Source: a virus
Taxonomy: Duplodnaviria > Heunggongvirae > Uroviricota > Caudoviricetes
Virus record (IMG/VR): IMGVR_UViG_3300031555_005217
Span: 71,047-135,046 of that record
Reading direction: 5' to 3' (one strand)
Length of the DNA: 64,000 nucleotides
This document shows positions 1 through 11,347 of this stretch, piece by piece. The number at the start of each line of letters is the position of its first letter. Within the stretch, counting starts at the first letter, position 1. Position numbers and translations under genes: made by a program. A model generated the notes under the pieces. That model made no database searches, was not told the DNA's origin, and saw nothing but the letters and a program-made list of their open reading frames with translations.

Positions 1-1508
1 ATTTGTCTAGCTTCTTTATATCCTTCAATTGTATTTAAAGAATTTTCGTTGAACACTTCAAATTCTAAGTTAGATTCTTCTAAATAGTCTTTTCTTACAA
101 CATCAGTTCTTGCACAAAATAATTTTCTTATTTCTTTATTATGAGAAGGAATTTGTTGCAGGTTAGGTTCGCTTGAACTAAATCTTCCTGTTGCAGCACC
201 ATATTGATTAAAGTTACAATGAATTCTACCGTCTGCTTCATTTACTTTTTCAGGTAAACTGTCAACAAATGATTCTACTAACTTAGCAAATCCTCTTCTT
301 TCTAACATTAATTTACAAATAGGTAAATTAATTTTAGATAATATTTCTTCTCCTGTTCCTCTAGGTTTCTTTTTATCTATAACTCCTACTTTTAATATAT
401 CATATAAAAGTATTGCTAATTGAGTTGGAGAACTTAAAGATATAGGATTTTCTAATTTTTCGTTTGGAGTTTTACCTTCTTTTCCTGCTTTAGTTATTTC
501 AGGTTTATTAGCTTCAGGAGTTAATCTCCAAGCATCTATTTGAGGTTGAATCTTTGAAATTTCAATATCTAACTTATCATCAATATCTTTTAATAATTTA
601 TGATATTTAACTTGTAATCTTTTAGCATATTCCTTATCTAACTCAATTCCAGCTAATTCCATTTCAGCTGTAGATATTACACAAGGCATTTCAATTTCTT
701 TAAATAATTTATAACAGTTTTTATATGAAGGTTGAGTTAAAATTTCAAGTTGCCACTCATATAATTTATAAGTCATCATAGAATCGGTTGCAGCATATAA
801 TGCAAATATTTCAGGATCTACAAAAGCATATTCAATATCTTTAAATAATTCATCTATTGAATATTTTTCTTGTTCTGGATCTATCTTACTAACATATTGT
901 TGTTTTAAACCTGCACTTAATTCATTTTCATCTATAATTTTAGATGCTATTAAAGTATCCCAATGAATTGGAAGTTCTAATCCTGTTGTACATTTAATTA
1001 CTTTATAGTCGAACTTTCCATTATGCATGATAATAAAAACATTATTATCAATTAATCTTTGGAATTCTTCTTTAACATCTTGTTCTGTTAATTGATCTGA
1101 AAGTCTTTCGCCAGTTTTATAGTCAACGTGATTAAGAGGGATATAAGCTTGTTTTTCACCTTTTGTATAGATACAAGGTCCCATTAATTTACACGTAATA
1201 GGATCTAAACTATTGTTAGTTTCTGTATCAATAGCAATATATCCATTTTCAATACACTTATCAATATATAAAGAAAATTGTTCTCTAGTTTTGATAACTA
1301 GAACATTTTCTTTCTGTTTACCTAAAACTAAGAGAACATTTTCATTGATAAGCTTAAGTTTATCTTCTATAGATAACTTTTTGCTCTTAACTTGTTTTTC
1401 AACTGTGACTTTTAGTTCTTTAGGTTTAGCTATTTTATTAATAACTTTTTTAGTTTTTTCTTTTTCTTTAGGAATAGAAAATTCTTCTCCTCATAAACTA
1501 TCCATCAT
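1..1508 (-). CDS. polA: DNA polymerase I family A with 3'-5' proofreading exonuclease domain; N-terminal part only, gene continues past window start
   Basis: Hand translation of minus strand from ATG at 1508 (SD ggagcg upstream) gives MMDSL-[TGA]-GEEF... Exo motifs IAIDTETN, HNGKFDYKV, YAATDSM are present, followed by the PolA motif RIHCNFNQYGAATGRFSSSEPNLQQIP. There is an in-frame TGA at codon 6, so the gene is not in the standard-code ORF track. Confidence 0.8.
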
Positions 1509-1529
1509 GTTGAATCGCTCCTTTAATTA

Positions 1530-2291
1530 CTAGAATCTGTAACGAGTTACTCCACTTGATTGTTGAGTAGGTTGTTGAATAGGTTGACTAGGTTGTTGAA
1601 CAGGTTGTGAAACTTGTTCTACCTTTTGAACTTGTTCTACTTCTACTTTAGTTTCAACTTGAGTTGTTTGAGCAACTTCATTTCCTTCTTCAGTATCACC
1701 ATTTAAAGCAGTTTCATATTGCTTTAAAGATTTAAATAAAATCTTAGAAGCATCAATACCTTCAAGCACTGAGAAATCAACTGGATATAAAGCATCTGGA
1801 TATACAGCTTTATTCATAATAATATTTGTAGAATATCTTGTAGCTGTACCTGAACCAGTTCTCTTAATTTTGAATAAATGTTGAGTTAAATCACCATATT
1901 CAGTAATTAATGTCTTAATATCAGTATCAGCAAACATTCCAGGACGGTCCCAAATAACTGCCTTTTGAACTACTTTTCCATTATCTGGAATATAAGCTAC
2001 TGCTGTAATTGCACATCTAATATCTCTCTTAATACCTTGAGAACATAAAGGACATGCATCATCTCCTGAACAACAAACTCTCTTACCGTATTTGTCATTA
2101 GGGAATACACCTACAACTAAATGTGTAGATTCGAATACTAAATCATCCATTGATTTGTAAGGAAATCTTACAACAACAGAATCTCCATCATTCTTAAGAT
2201 AAGTACCCATGAAATCGAATTCTTTTCTTTCTCCTGATGTTTGATTAGTACTTCTTTGTTGTGATCATTGATTGTAATTAAATTGTGCCAT
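1530..2291 (-). CDS. hypothetical protein with Cys cluster (CCSGDDACPLCSQG) and Q/P-rich C-terminus; possible nucleic-acid-binding protein
   Basis: ORF track 1530..2210 extended upstream to ATG 2291 through one in-frame TGA (MAQFNYNQ-[TGA]-SQQRS...). SD gaagagga precedes the start. Confidence 0.45.
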
Positions 2292-2396
2292 CTTTCTTTC
2301 CTCTTCTTTCTTTCATCTTAAATTACATCTTAAATATTTATAATATAAATAAATTTATATTACATTTAATAATACAATTTATTTTTATTATTTAAA

Positions 2397-3392
2397 TTAC
2401 TTGTTAGTTTTTAATTTATAATTAGAGATAAGTTTTTCTACTGAAATTCCTTTCCTCTCAAGTAAGTTTAAAAACTCATTCTTCTCTAAATCATTAATAT
2501 CTTTTCCTTTAGGAATATTAACAATATCAACTAAAACATCTTTTCTAATATTTCGTAAAAATTCTCTAATTCCTTTATTTCCTGCTTCATCTCCATCAAA
2601 ACATAAAATATAATGTCTTATAGGAGATTTATTAAGAATATTATATTGTTCTTTAGTTCCTGTTCCAAATAAAGCAACTGCAGGAATATTATAAGAATGA
2701 CAAGTTAAAGCATTTATTTGTGATTCACATATAACTGCTTGATTTAAATTATTTTCAGTTAAATAATTTAATAAATAAACAGGTTTAACTTTATCTTTAT
2801 CTATTATAAACCTTTTAGAATTAACGCTTCTTTGTGTTAACATAATAAGCTTTCCTTTTTCATCTCTTACAGGAAAAACTATACATTGATTTTTAGGATT
2901 ATATTTTACTTGAAATTTCTCAATTACTTCTTTACTTAATTTTCTTTCTATCATATAAGGGTGAAAATTTTCAAAAGTATTTAATATAGATTCATTTAAA
3001 TATTCTTTTTTATTTTTATCTAAAACTATTTCATCTAAATCTAATTGATACTCAACTACTCCATCCCAATAAGTTTCTAATAACCATTCTTTAGCTTCAC
3101 TATCTGAAATATCAAAACATTCAGCAACAAAATGATAAAAAGGACCTTGTTCTCCACAAGCAAAACATTTAAACCATCCATATTCAACCTTATCATTATT
3201 TGGGCCAATATAAATATCAGCGTCAGGATTATTTTCTAATCCATTATTGTGATGAGGACAAGTTACTCTTATATTATTTCCTAATAATTTAACTACTTTT
3301 AACTTACCATTAATTAATCTAAATTTTATATCTCTTATTATATTTATTAGAGGTTCATGAATTGTTTTATTATCTATTGTTAAATAAGGCAT
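2397..3392 (-). CDS. DNA primase (DnaG-like: N-terminal zinc finger plus TOPRIM)
   Basis: Zinc finger CPHHNNGLENNPDADIY and TOPRIM motifs ICESQINALT and CFDGDEAGNKG. Intact in standard code. Confidence 0.75.
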   Translation of the reverse strand: MPYLTIDNKTIHEPLINIIRDIKFRLINGKLKVVKLLGNNIRVTCPHHNNGLENNPDADIYIGPNNDKVEYGWFKCFACGEQGPFYHFVAECFDISDSEAKEWLLETYWDGVVEYQLDLDEIVLDKNKKEYLNESILNTFENFHPYMIERKLSKEVIEKFQVKYNPKNQCIVFPVRDEKGKLIMLTQRSVNSKRFIIDKDKVKPVYLLNYLTENNLNQAVICESQINALTCHSYNIPAVALFGTGTKEQYNILNKSPIRHYILCFDGDEAGNKGIREFLRNIRKDVLVDIVNIPKGKDINDLEKNEFLNLLERKGISVEKLISNYKLKTNK

Positions 3393-3394
3393 TA

Positions 3395-4642
3395 TTAGAA
3401 CACCTCATCTTCATCATAATCACTACTTAAAGATTCTTTATTAGAGTCTTCATTAGGAATAAAAATAAATCTACCATTATTTAAATCTACTTTGTAACTT
3501 AATATCTTACCATTTTCTGTATCTCTAGATTTAACTAAATGTAACTTAAACAAATCTGCATCTCTTTCTATAAAAATGATAACTGTAGAATCTTGTGCAA
3601 TTCTATCTGATTGAGCTAATTGAGTTGTATCAAAATCTTTTCCTTCAACTGAGGTTCTATTTTGTTGAGATACAGAAATAATAGGAATTTGTTTGGTAAC
3701 TTGAAGAATTTTTAAATCTTTAGATATATTCGCTGCTTTTTCTACAGGATTCTTTGCTTTCCTTTGATCTTCAAGTAATGAATGTTGATCTATAAATAAT
3801 ATTTCGATATTATATTTTTCTACAAATGCTCTAAGATCAGATACTGTAGCTGGACCATTTAAATCTTCTGGAGTTAAAATCCACATTTGACCTGGAACTT
3901 TATCTTTTAAATTACTTAAATAATTTTTATATTCATTCTTAATACTAGAATTACCGTGAATTAAAGCACCATTAGATATATTACCAATTAAAGTATCCAT
4001 ACGATAACCAACTTTATTAGCAGACATTTCTCCTGAATAAATACCAACAATCTTACCTTGTTTAGCTGCCTCAGATGCTGACTTTAATAACATCCAAGAT
4101 TTACCCATACCAGTTCTAGCTACAATAGTTGCTAATTCTTCTTTAACATCCCAACCACCAATAATATCATCTAATTCTTTAAATCCTGTTTTAATAAAAT
4201 AATTATTATAATTTTTTAACCTTTCTTCATAAGCATCATATCTAGAGGTATCACTTAAAATATCAACACATTGTAAACTAATGCAACTTGTTTGATTTTG
4301 TTGAATTTCATTTAAAATTTGGTTTGCATATTCAACATCATTATCCATTAAAGCTTTTCTTACCTTATTAAATCCTTCAGCTAAAAATCTTTTATTTCTA
4401 TCATTAACTAATTCCTCTAATAAATAAGTTGAAGATTCTTGAACATCTATTACAGTAAAATCTTCAAATTTATGTAAGAAAGTTTCAAAATCAGGAATGT
4501 TACCATATATGTATAAATGATCTTTTATAAATCTAAATTCTTCTTTATAATCACTAAAATAATATTCATCTAAATTATTTAGAGTTATTAATGAAGAATC
4601 TTTATCTCTTAAAATTTTATTTAACATTTGAGCTTGAATCAT
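3395..4642 (-). CDS. replicative DNA helicase (DnaB-like)
   Basis: Walker A ARTGMGKSW, Walker B IFIDQHSLL, RecA-like C-terminal domain. SD gataaggag sits upstream. Confidence 0.8.
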   Translation of the reverse strand: MIQAQMLNKILRDKDSSLITLNNLDEYYFSDYKEEFRFIKDHLYIYGNIPDFETFLHKFEDFTVIDVQESSTYLLEELVNDRNKRFLAEGFNKVRKALMDNDVEYANQILNEIQQNQTSCISLQCVDILSDTSRYDAYEERLKNYNNYFIKTGFKELDDIIGGWDVKEELATIVARTGMGKSWMLLKSASEAAKQGKIVGIYSGEMSANKVGYRMDTLIGNISNGALIHGNSSIKNEYKNYLSNLKDKVPGQMWILTPEDLNGPATVSDLRAFVEKYNIEILFIDQHSLLEDQRKAKNPVEKAANISKDLKILQVTKQIPIISVSQQNRTSVEGKDFDTTQLAQSDRIAQDSTVIIFIERDADLFKLHLVKSRDTENGKILSYKVDLNNGRFIFIPNEDSNKESLSSDYDEDEVF

Positions 4643-4685
4643 AATATAATCTCCTTATCTATAAATCTTTAATATATACATTAAA

Positions 4686-5360
4686 TTAAAGACTTCTTTT
4701 GTCTCCACCTCTAAAATGTACACAGGTAGATGCAACTCCTACTCTACTAGCTAATCTAATATCTAATAAATTACCTAAACTATCAGGGCTTATATTAGAT
4801 GTATAAATATTACTTTTACCTTTACTTATTCTAGTATCAATAATACTTAATAAATGAGAAATTTCAAATTCAGTTCCTACTTTATTTCCAATATCGTCCC
4901 AAATAACTAAATCACAATCTTTTACATTATCTTCAATATGTTTATAATAGCTATTTGGAGCACTTATATTAGCTTTTAAAGCGAGTAGAAAAGAAGGTAC
5001 ATTAATATATAATGCCTTACATTTTAAATCAGTTTTAAGCCATATTTTCTTTAAATAAGTTTGAATTAATCTTAAAGCCCAAGAAGTTTTACCATTACCT
5101 GTTTGTTCAGATCAAATATATAAATTTTTTCCTTCATTTACAAAATTAGTTATATTATTTTGAATATCTTTTAATAAAATAAACTCTTCTTTATCTGTTC
5201 CATCTTCATCAATAAATAAACTTATATTTTTTCTTAAATTTACAGGAATATTTGCTTGTTCAAATAAATAGTTTAATTTATAAAGAATTAAGCAATTATC
5301 TTTTTCATGACAATGCTTTCCTTTACAGGAATCTTTTAATCAACAAGTATTATTATCCAT
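4686..5360 (-). CDS. DnaC/IstB-like AAA+ helicase loader
   Basis: Hand translation MDNNTC-[TGA]-LKDSCKGKH...LYI-[TGA]-SEQTGNGKTSWALRL... (P-loop). Two in-frame TGA. The ORF track has no ORF here. Stop is TAA at 4686-4688. Confidence 0.6.
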
Positions 5361-5400
5361 AAATATAAAACTTCCTTTCTTAATAATATTTTAATACAAT

Positions 5401-5880
5401 TTATTCTTCTAAACTTAGCTCTAAAGCATAATCTAATAAATCTTTAAAATTATTATTTGTATCTCTTATTTTCATTAATAAAAGACCTAACCTATTTTTT
5501 CCTTTTCCATTACAAACTCCCCAAAAATAATCTTTCCAATAATTATCTTCTACTATAGTTTCTTTAACATTTTTTAACTTATTCATTAAATCAGGATTTT
5601 GAGAAAACTTAGCATTAAGTACTCTAGCCATCATAATAATTCTAACTTTATTCCAATCTTTAGTAGTTAGAGGAATTCGTTTACCATAATACTTAGCTTC
5701 ACTTCCTGTAAGATTACAAAATTTATCTGCTAATTCATAATTTTTTAATGCTTGAAAAGCAGCTTCTGAATTTCTAAAACTTAATTTTTTTGACTCAGAA
5801 TTATCATTATTAAAAAAATCTATAGTAACAGGACAAGTATAAAAATTACTTAAAAAATCATATTTATCAACAAAACGCAT
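5401..5880 (-). CDS. NADAR / YbiA-family protein (ADP-ribose-processing N-glycosidase family)
   Basis: YDFLSNFY, SEAAFQALK, YWKDYFWG and GKGKNRLGLLLMKIR match YbiA/NADAR motifs (GDFSNFA, SEHYFQAQKF, YWGDGGHGKGKNRLGYLLMELR). Confidence 0.75.
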   Translation of the reverse strand: MRFVDKYDFLSNFYTCPVTIDFFNNDNSESKKLSFRNSEAAFQALKNYELADKFCNLTGSEAKYYGKRIPLTTKDWNKVRIIMMARVLNAKFSQNPDLMNKLKNVKETIVEDNYWKDYFWGVCNGKGKNRLGLLLMKIRDTNNNFKDLLDYALELSLEE

Positions 5881-5955
5881 ACAATACCTTCTTTCTTTAC
5901 ATTTAAATTTCCAAAATAGCTAGTATAATACATAATTGCCTTCCTATTTTTAAAT

Positions 5956-5965
5956 ATTATACAAT
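5956..5965 (-). promoter_or_regulatory. class-1 promoter-like motif (plus-strand attatacaat; minus-strand ATTGTATAAT, a -10-like element)
   Basis: One of about 20 copies located 20-80 nt upstream of minus-strand start codons. Confidence 0.4.
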
Positions 5966-5967
5966 CT

Positions 5968-6031
5968 TAAGATAGAAAAAAGATGCTTAAAACAGAGTAT
6001 GAAAGGATAAGTTATCTGTTTTAAACATCTC
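5968..6031 (-). terminator. hairpin (15-bp stem agatgcttaaaacag/ctgttttaaacatct) followed by T-run on minus strand
   Basis: Inverted repeat seen directly in the sequence. Sits downstream of the gene ending at 6051. Confidence 0.55.
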
Positions 6032-6050
6032 TTTAAATTTAGCTGAATAA

Positions 6051-6893
6051 TTAATTTTTATTTTCCTTTCTTTCTACAGCTGAATCAATAGTATCCCTAT
6101 GTATATCAGGTAAATTTTTTAAAACACCTGATTTAATAATATCTTTTAAATTTACAGGTATTAAAGCTGTCCATTCACAACAAACATTCAAATTTTTTAA
6201 ATTATTTTCTTTTACTATATCTAATTGTGCATTAAAATATTCAGTTGAAGGTAAATCACAATCATATTTAGAAAAGAATAATTTATTTAAATCTTTATAC
6301 CATAAAGAATGATCATGACCGTGAATATTAAAAGCATATTTAAAATCGATTGGTTCATGAGAAAGTATTATATTATTTTTTATAAATAAACAACCATCAT
6401 AAACTTCATCAAATAATTTATTATCAGAATCAGTACCTTCATAATTTTTAATTACAGCTCTTTCGCAAATACAATTAATATCTCTACACCAACCACTTTT
6501 AGCAGATTCATCAAAATAGTTAAATCCACCTTTAGCTGATTTATAAGTAACTATAGAACCACAAACTGCACATTTATCATATCCTAAATATTTCTTTTTA
6601 GTTGTTATTCTTTGATAATAAGATTTTCCCCTATCATGATTTCCTAATATTAATACTTTATATCCTGCTTTTAATTTTTTAACATACTCTATATTCCCAA
6701 TATCTCCAAGTATAATTAAAGTATCGTTTTTACCACATTTAGAGTTTATTAATTTAACTTGTTTTTCAGGGTCTATGTATCCTCTTAAAGGATATATTTC
6801 AGTATCTCCAAAATGTGGATCGCTATATAACCATATTGATCCACCTTTTTCGAACCATTTATCGAAGCAAGGATATAAATAATTATTTTTCAT
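6051..6893 (-). CDS. calcineurin-like metallophosphoesterase
   Basis: Motifs SDPHFGD, LGDIGN, GNHD, GHDH. Confidence 0.65.
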   Translation of the reverse strand: MKNNYLYPCFDKWFEKGGSIWLYSDPHFGDTEIYPLRGYIDPEKQVKLINSKCGKNDTLIILGDIGNIEYVKKLKAGYKVLILGNHDRGKSYYQRITTKKKYLGYDKCAVCGSIVTYKSAKGGFNYFDESAKSGWCRDINCICERAVIKNYEGTDSDNKLFDEVYDGCLFIKNNIILSHEPIDFKYAFNIHGHDHSLWYKDLNKLFFSKYDCDLPSTEYFNAQLDIVKENNLKNLNVCCEWTALIPVNLKDIIKSGVLKNLPDIHRDTIDSAVERKENKN

Positions 6894-7782
6894 TTTTTAA
6901 CCTCTTAGAATTATTATAAAATTCCATTACATCTTTTTCTCTATTTTTATAATTTGGATATAAAATTAATTTTGATTTTTCAATTTTAACGTTCAAAGTT
7001 TTTTTGAATCTTTTTCCTTTATAAGGTTTATGTAAATTATTTTTAATTATATAATTATTATCATCTTCTATTAAAATAAAATCAGGTTTATTTTTATCTT
7101 GATGAATACATTTAAATATATTATCTTTATTATCTAAACCAATAATATTAAGTAATCTATTATTTACAATAGTAAGTTTAATTAAAAACTGGTCACAAAC
7201 ATTTAAAGATTTATATTTAATATATGTTTCTTGTGCTTTTTTATATAATGAAATTATATGAGAGGTCTCTCCAAAACAAACTCCTGAATTTAAAAAAGGT
7301 TTACTTGAAAGACAATTTTTATATTTATCATCTATTTTTTTAATTTTACTCCAACTTGGATGTCTACTAGCTGAAGCATTAAAAATTACTTTATGTTTTA
7401 ATTTTTTAAATTGATTAATAAATTCTAAATCTAGATTATTACAAATAATAGTATCTCTAGAATCTAAAATTAAAGTATATTTTGTCTTAATTTTTAATAG
7501 ATTATTTAATATATATCCTACTTTTAATGAATTAGACCAATTACTTTCATCTACATTTTCTGCTCCATTATAATATTCTATATTATTATAATTTAATTGT
7601 TCTATTACAGGAGAAGTATTAATGTAATTTTTAGTAGCTAGAACAATAATTGAAATATCATCATCCTTTATAATAATATTTTTCTTATTTTTTTCAATTA
7701 AATCCCTTAAGTTTTCTACTGTACCTTTTCCAGGCATGTGCAAAATATAAATTCTTTCATTATTTTCATTATAAATAGACAT
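6883..7782 (-). CDS. hypothetical protein
   Basis: Intact 299-aa ORF; no recognisable motif. Confidence 0.45.
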   Translation of the reverse strand: MSIYNENNERIYILHMPGKGTVENLRDLIEKNKKNIIIKDDDISIIVLATKNYINTSPVIEQLNYNNIEYYNGAENVDESNWSNSLKVGYILNNLLKIKTKYTLILDSRDTIICNNLDLEFINQFKKLKHKVIFNASASRHPSWSKIKKIDDKYKNCLSSKPFLNSGVCFGETSHIISLYKKAQETYIKYKSLNVCDQFLIKLTIVNNRLLNIIGLDNKDNIFKCIHQDKNKPDFILIEDDNNYIIKNNLHKPYKGKRFKKTLNVKIEKSKLILYPNYKNREKDVMEFYNNSKRLKNEK

Positions 7783-7801
7783 AAAACTTCCTCTTTCTAT
7801 T

Positions 7802-8671
7802 TTATATATTTATTATATATACATTTACTTTTTTAGATATAACAGTAGTTGCATCTAAACCAATTAAATTTTCTCCTATATAAGCATTATTATTATTTTG
7901 CTCATTGTTAAAATATTCATGAAAATCCGCCGAACGCCAATGACCACAAACTAATATCTTACCTTTTGCTTTTTCCTCATCGAATAAACCTGATTCATAT
8001 TGTAAATAAGGACAACCCCACATAGCATCTTCCCATTCTAAACAATTTGATTGATAATTTCTTCAATTAGCATCATATGATAAAAATTTCTTATATCCTA
8101 ATTGATGCATTCCATAAATTGGTTGCATCATAGGATTTTTACAAGGAATAAAACTATGTACAAAGATGTACTTATCTAATTCATAATAATTTACTCATTG
8201 ACTTGAACGTAACCATTTAGTTATTTCAGATTTTTCAACTAACTTCTTTACTATATTTCAATTTTTATGTAATTTATCCTCTACTTGTTCGAAATCTAAC
8301 CCCATATAAAAAGCCTCATCGAATATATGGTATCTATCTAACTGCTTCTCATCCATACCTGCTATATTACAAAAAGTTCTAACGGTTCCATTACTAAAAT
8401 CATGTCTATCAGGAAAATATTTTTCTAATAATTCAAAATATAATGATTCATGATTACCTTTTACTAAAATACAACGTTTCTTAGGAATAGATTTTAAAAA
8501 TTTATATACTTCAATAGTTTCATATCCTCTATCAAATACATCACCACAAACAATTAAAGTATGATTTTTATTTCTTTTATCAAAACCTGCCTCTTTTAAT
8601 GATGCTTTCATTTCACTAGCAAAGCTATGAACATCTGATATCACAAAATACTTCATTATTAATCCCACCAA
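7802..8671 (-). CDS. Ser/Thr protein phosphatase-like metallophosphatase (lambda-PPase-like); single gene spanning two track ORFs
   Basis: Hand translation shows ORFs 8258..8671 and 7802..8023 are in the same frame, joined through three in-frame TGA codons (HKN-[TGA]-NIVKK, RSSQ-[TGA]-VNYYELDKYIFVHSF, SYDAN-[TGA]-RNYQS). Motifs DVHS, GDVFDRG, GNHE and GHW are present. Confidence 0.65.
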
Positions 8672-9114
8672 TATCTAATATATTTACCTATATAATTAAA
8701 TGCTTCTATCCAAGCATTATTTTCTTTTTCTGTCATTTCTTTATATTCTTCTGCAGTATGTTTTGGAGAAGATTCAAGAACTTTTATTGAATTCTTTTCT
8801 TTTGTTATTGGATTATCAATCCATTTAGTAAAATATTCTTTTACATCGTGAAACATAAAGTTAGAATCATCATAGGCATATTCTAATAATCTAATAGCTT
8901 CTTCTAATGTAGAGATAACTTCAGTTAAACTTTCTTCTGATTGCCAAACATTATCTCCATTTTTATAGAAGGTTAATCTTCCCTTTAACATATGCAATAG
9001 AATATCAACCATAAAACCCCAATCCCAACAACGATCAGCTTTTGCTAATTTTACTAATTCTCTTATATATTTCTTTCTGAATTTTCTATAACGACGTTTT
9101 TCTTTACCACTCAT
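8659..9114 (-). CDS. hypothetical protein
   Basis: Intact ORF. Confidence 0.45.
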   Translation of the reverse strand: MSGKEKRRYRKFRKKYIRELVKLAKADRCWDWGFMVDILLHMLKGRLTFYKNGDNVWQSEESLTEVISTLEEAIRLLEYAYDDSNFMFHDVKEYFTKWIDNPITKEKNSIKVLESSPKHTAEEYKEMTEKENNAWIEAFNYIGKYIRYWWD

Positions 9115-9115
9115 T

Positions 9116-9658
9116 TTAATAATACTCCTTAACTACCCTAATTAACTCTTTTCTTAGTTCATCTTGATAATAAGTTGATAGATTATTTTTATTTTCTAAA
9201 CAATATAATTTATACCAAGGTTTTTGTAATTTTTGTTTAGGATATGAATCATTACTAATTACAATATATTCATTGTCAGAAGTTGAACATGAAGCTGCTA
9301 TTATGTAAGGATAGTATGGAACTAAGTCAATCAATGAATCAATAATTATTTCAACTTTAGAATAATAACCATAATTATTTAAAGCCTTCAAAGATGAGAA
9401 CATTTTACCATTATAAAAATATTTCCATCTACCATTTATCTTTTCTTTTCTTAGAATTTCAGGATTATTTCTTACCTTAATTTCATCGTCGATATTACTA
9501 GTAGTTAAAACTAGTTCTTTATTTTGATAGATTTTTCCATTAGTACGTTGTTTGAATATTTCAAATTTTTCCATTTCAGTCATATTTTTATTACATCCCA
9601 TACAACCAATCATCATTACATGATCATATAAATCACATTTACCTGAAAACTTAGACAT
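9116..9658 (-). CDS. hypothetical protein
   Basis: Intact ORF. SD aggaggct upstream and promoter motif at 9687-9696. Confidence 0.5.
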   Translation of the reverse strand: MSKFSGKCDLYDHVMMIGCMGCNKNMTEMEKFEIFKQRTNGKIYQNKELVLTTSNIDDEIKVRNNPEILRKEKINGRWKYFYNGKMFSSLKALNNYGYYSKVEIIIDSLIDLVPYYPYIIAASCSTSDNEYIVISNDSYPKQKLQKPWYKLYCLENKNNLSTYYQDELRKELIRVVKEYY

Positions 9659-9697
9659 AATATAGCCTCCTCTAAATATTATATTTAATATACAATT

Positions 9698-9729
9698 AAA
9701 AAGGTTTAATTAATTTTAAACCTTTTTAT
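9698..9729 (-). terminator. bidirectional hairpin aaaaaggtttaa/ttaaacctttttat
   Basis: Inverted repeat flanked by A-run and T-run, between the genes ending at 9751 and starting at 9658. Confidence 0.5.
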
Positions 9730-9750
9730 CCTCAGAATATTTATTTTAAA

Positions 9751-10179
9751 TTAAAATCTAAATAACTTATTAAAAATTTCAAATGTTTCATTTAATAAGT
9801 CAGAAGTGTTTGTTGTATAATTAAAAGTTGTAATACCATTTGAGTCATTTATTGTAAAATGATAATTATCATATTTTTCTAAGAAAGAATCTAATACTTC
9901 CTTATACTTAGCGTCAGCTTCATTAATTAATTCTTGAGCTTCTTTTTGAACTTGAATATAAGACTTTTTAGCTTCTTCAATGATCTCTTTAGCTTTCTTA
10001 TATACCTCTTGACGATTTTTGTAAGCTTCTTGAACTAAATCAGCTGCCTTTTTCTTTTCTTGAGATTTTAATTTCTTTTCTTCTTCTTTCTTAACTAATT
10101 CTGCTTCAGCCTTTTCTAATTCTTCAATAGAATCGAAAGGTCTTTTTAATACCTCTGAGTAAACTTTATATTTTTTCAT
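9751..10179 (-). CDS. hypothetical coiled-coil protein (K/E-rich)
   Basis: Intact ORF. Confidence 0.45.
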   Translation of the reverse strand: MKKYKVYSEVLKRPFDSIEELEKAEAELVKKEEEKKLKSQEKKKAADLVQEAYKNRQEVYKKAKEIIEEAKKSYIQVQKEAQELINEADAKYKEVLDSFLEKYDNYHFTINDSNGITTFNYTTNTSDLLNETFEIFNKLFRF

Positions 10180-10298
10180 TTTTCTAATCTCCTTTTATTA
10201 TATTATATCAACTGAATCCTATTTCAGTTTTGATATATCAATGAAATTATAATAACTGAGGAACTTATTATTTTCATTAATAACTAAAAATAAATTTA

Positions 10299-11303
10299 TT
10301 AATCATAATCTTCATAATCAGGTTCAGGTTTATACTCGTCTGACCAGTCAATATGAAGGGAATCAAATTCTTTTTTATTAATTAAATCTTCTGCACTAGA
10401 TATAGCTTTATCTCTATACTCATCCTTTAAATAAGATTCGAAATTTTCTACATCAATTAAATCTAAATCTTCTTTTGTTAATTCATTTAAGGATTTATTT
10501 AGATATTTTAATATATCTTTTAAATTCCATTCAATTTCATAGTAATAAGATATTACTTTACCATAAGATGTTACATCTGAATGTCCTACATCAATAAAAT
10601 CATTATTTCTATCTACTATAGAAACTTCTTTTTCATTTGTTTCTTCAACATAAGGATTATTTAAATCATCTCCTGATATTTCAATTTCATTATCTACAGA
10701 ATACCATAAAGAATCAAATTCAGCTTCTAAATCAGGTCTATCTTCAAAATAAGCATTAAAATCATCTGGATTATTTTTATTGAAATCTTCACCTAAATCT
10801 GTTATATCAGGAATTTCATTTTCTAAACACTCAGTTTTAGTATAATCTATTTTAGTTTCAGATTCTATATCTACTTTATCAAACTCAAAATCTAAGTCTG
10901 GAATTATATTTTTAACGATATTTTCAATGTCCTGTAAATCTTCTTTTAAATTAGATTCAAATTCTGATAATTCTTTTTGACTTATATCAGTTTGATAAAA
11001 CATATAAGATAAAGTAAAAACATTACTTTCTCCTGGAATATCTAAATCAGAATATATATAAGACTCATCTACTTCATATGATAAACACGTATCTTCAATT
11101 TTTTTATTCAATTCTACTTCATATAATCTATTTGAAGCATATAATCTATCTGAATCATTATCGGAATTTAAATAAAAATCTATATTAACATATGTTTTAA
11201 CTTCTTTGTAAATTGTTTCTGGAGTTATTTTAGTTATTTTAACCTCATTTAATCTCTTTTTATTTATATTTTCATTTAAATGTTCTATGATTGTTTTAAA
11301 CAT
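10299..11303 (-). CDS. highly acidic hypothetical protein (D/E-rich, 334 aa)
   Basis: Intact ORF. Class-2 upstream motif tatataatttagcg at about 11330. Confidence 0.45.
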   Translation of the reverse strand: MFKTIIEHLNENINKKRLNEVKITKITPETIYKEVKTYVNIDFYLNSDNDSDRLYASNRLYEVELNKKIEDTCLSYEVDESYIYSDLDIPGESNVFTLSYMFYQTDISQKELSEFESNLKEDLQDIENIVKNIIPDLDFEFDKVDIESETKIDYTKTECLENEIPDITDLGEDFNKNNPDDFNAYFEDRPDLEAEFDSLWYSVDNEIEISGDDLNNPYVEETNEKEVSIVDRNNDFIDVGHSDVTSYGKVISYYYEIEWNLKDILKYLNKSLNELTKEDLDLIDVENFESYLKDEYRDKAISSAEDLINKKEFDSLHIDWSDEYKPEPDYEDYD

Positions 11304-11347
11304 TAAAATTCCTCCTTTAATTGCTATATCTATATAATTTAGCGTAA

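Noticed and set aside
1530-2291. gp32-like ssDNA-binding protein call for the Cys-cluster protein
   Set aside because: There is a Cys4-like cluster and a position downstream of polA. The C-terminus is Q/P-rich and not acidic, and I see no clear OB-fold signature, so it is left as hypothetical.
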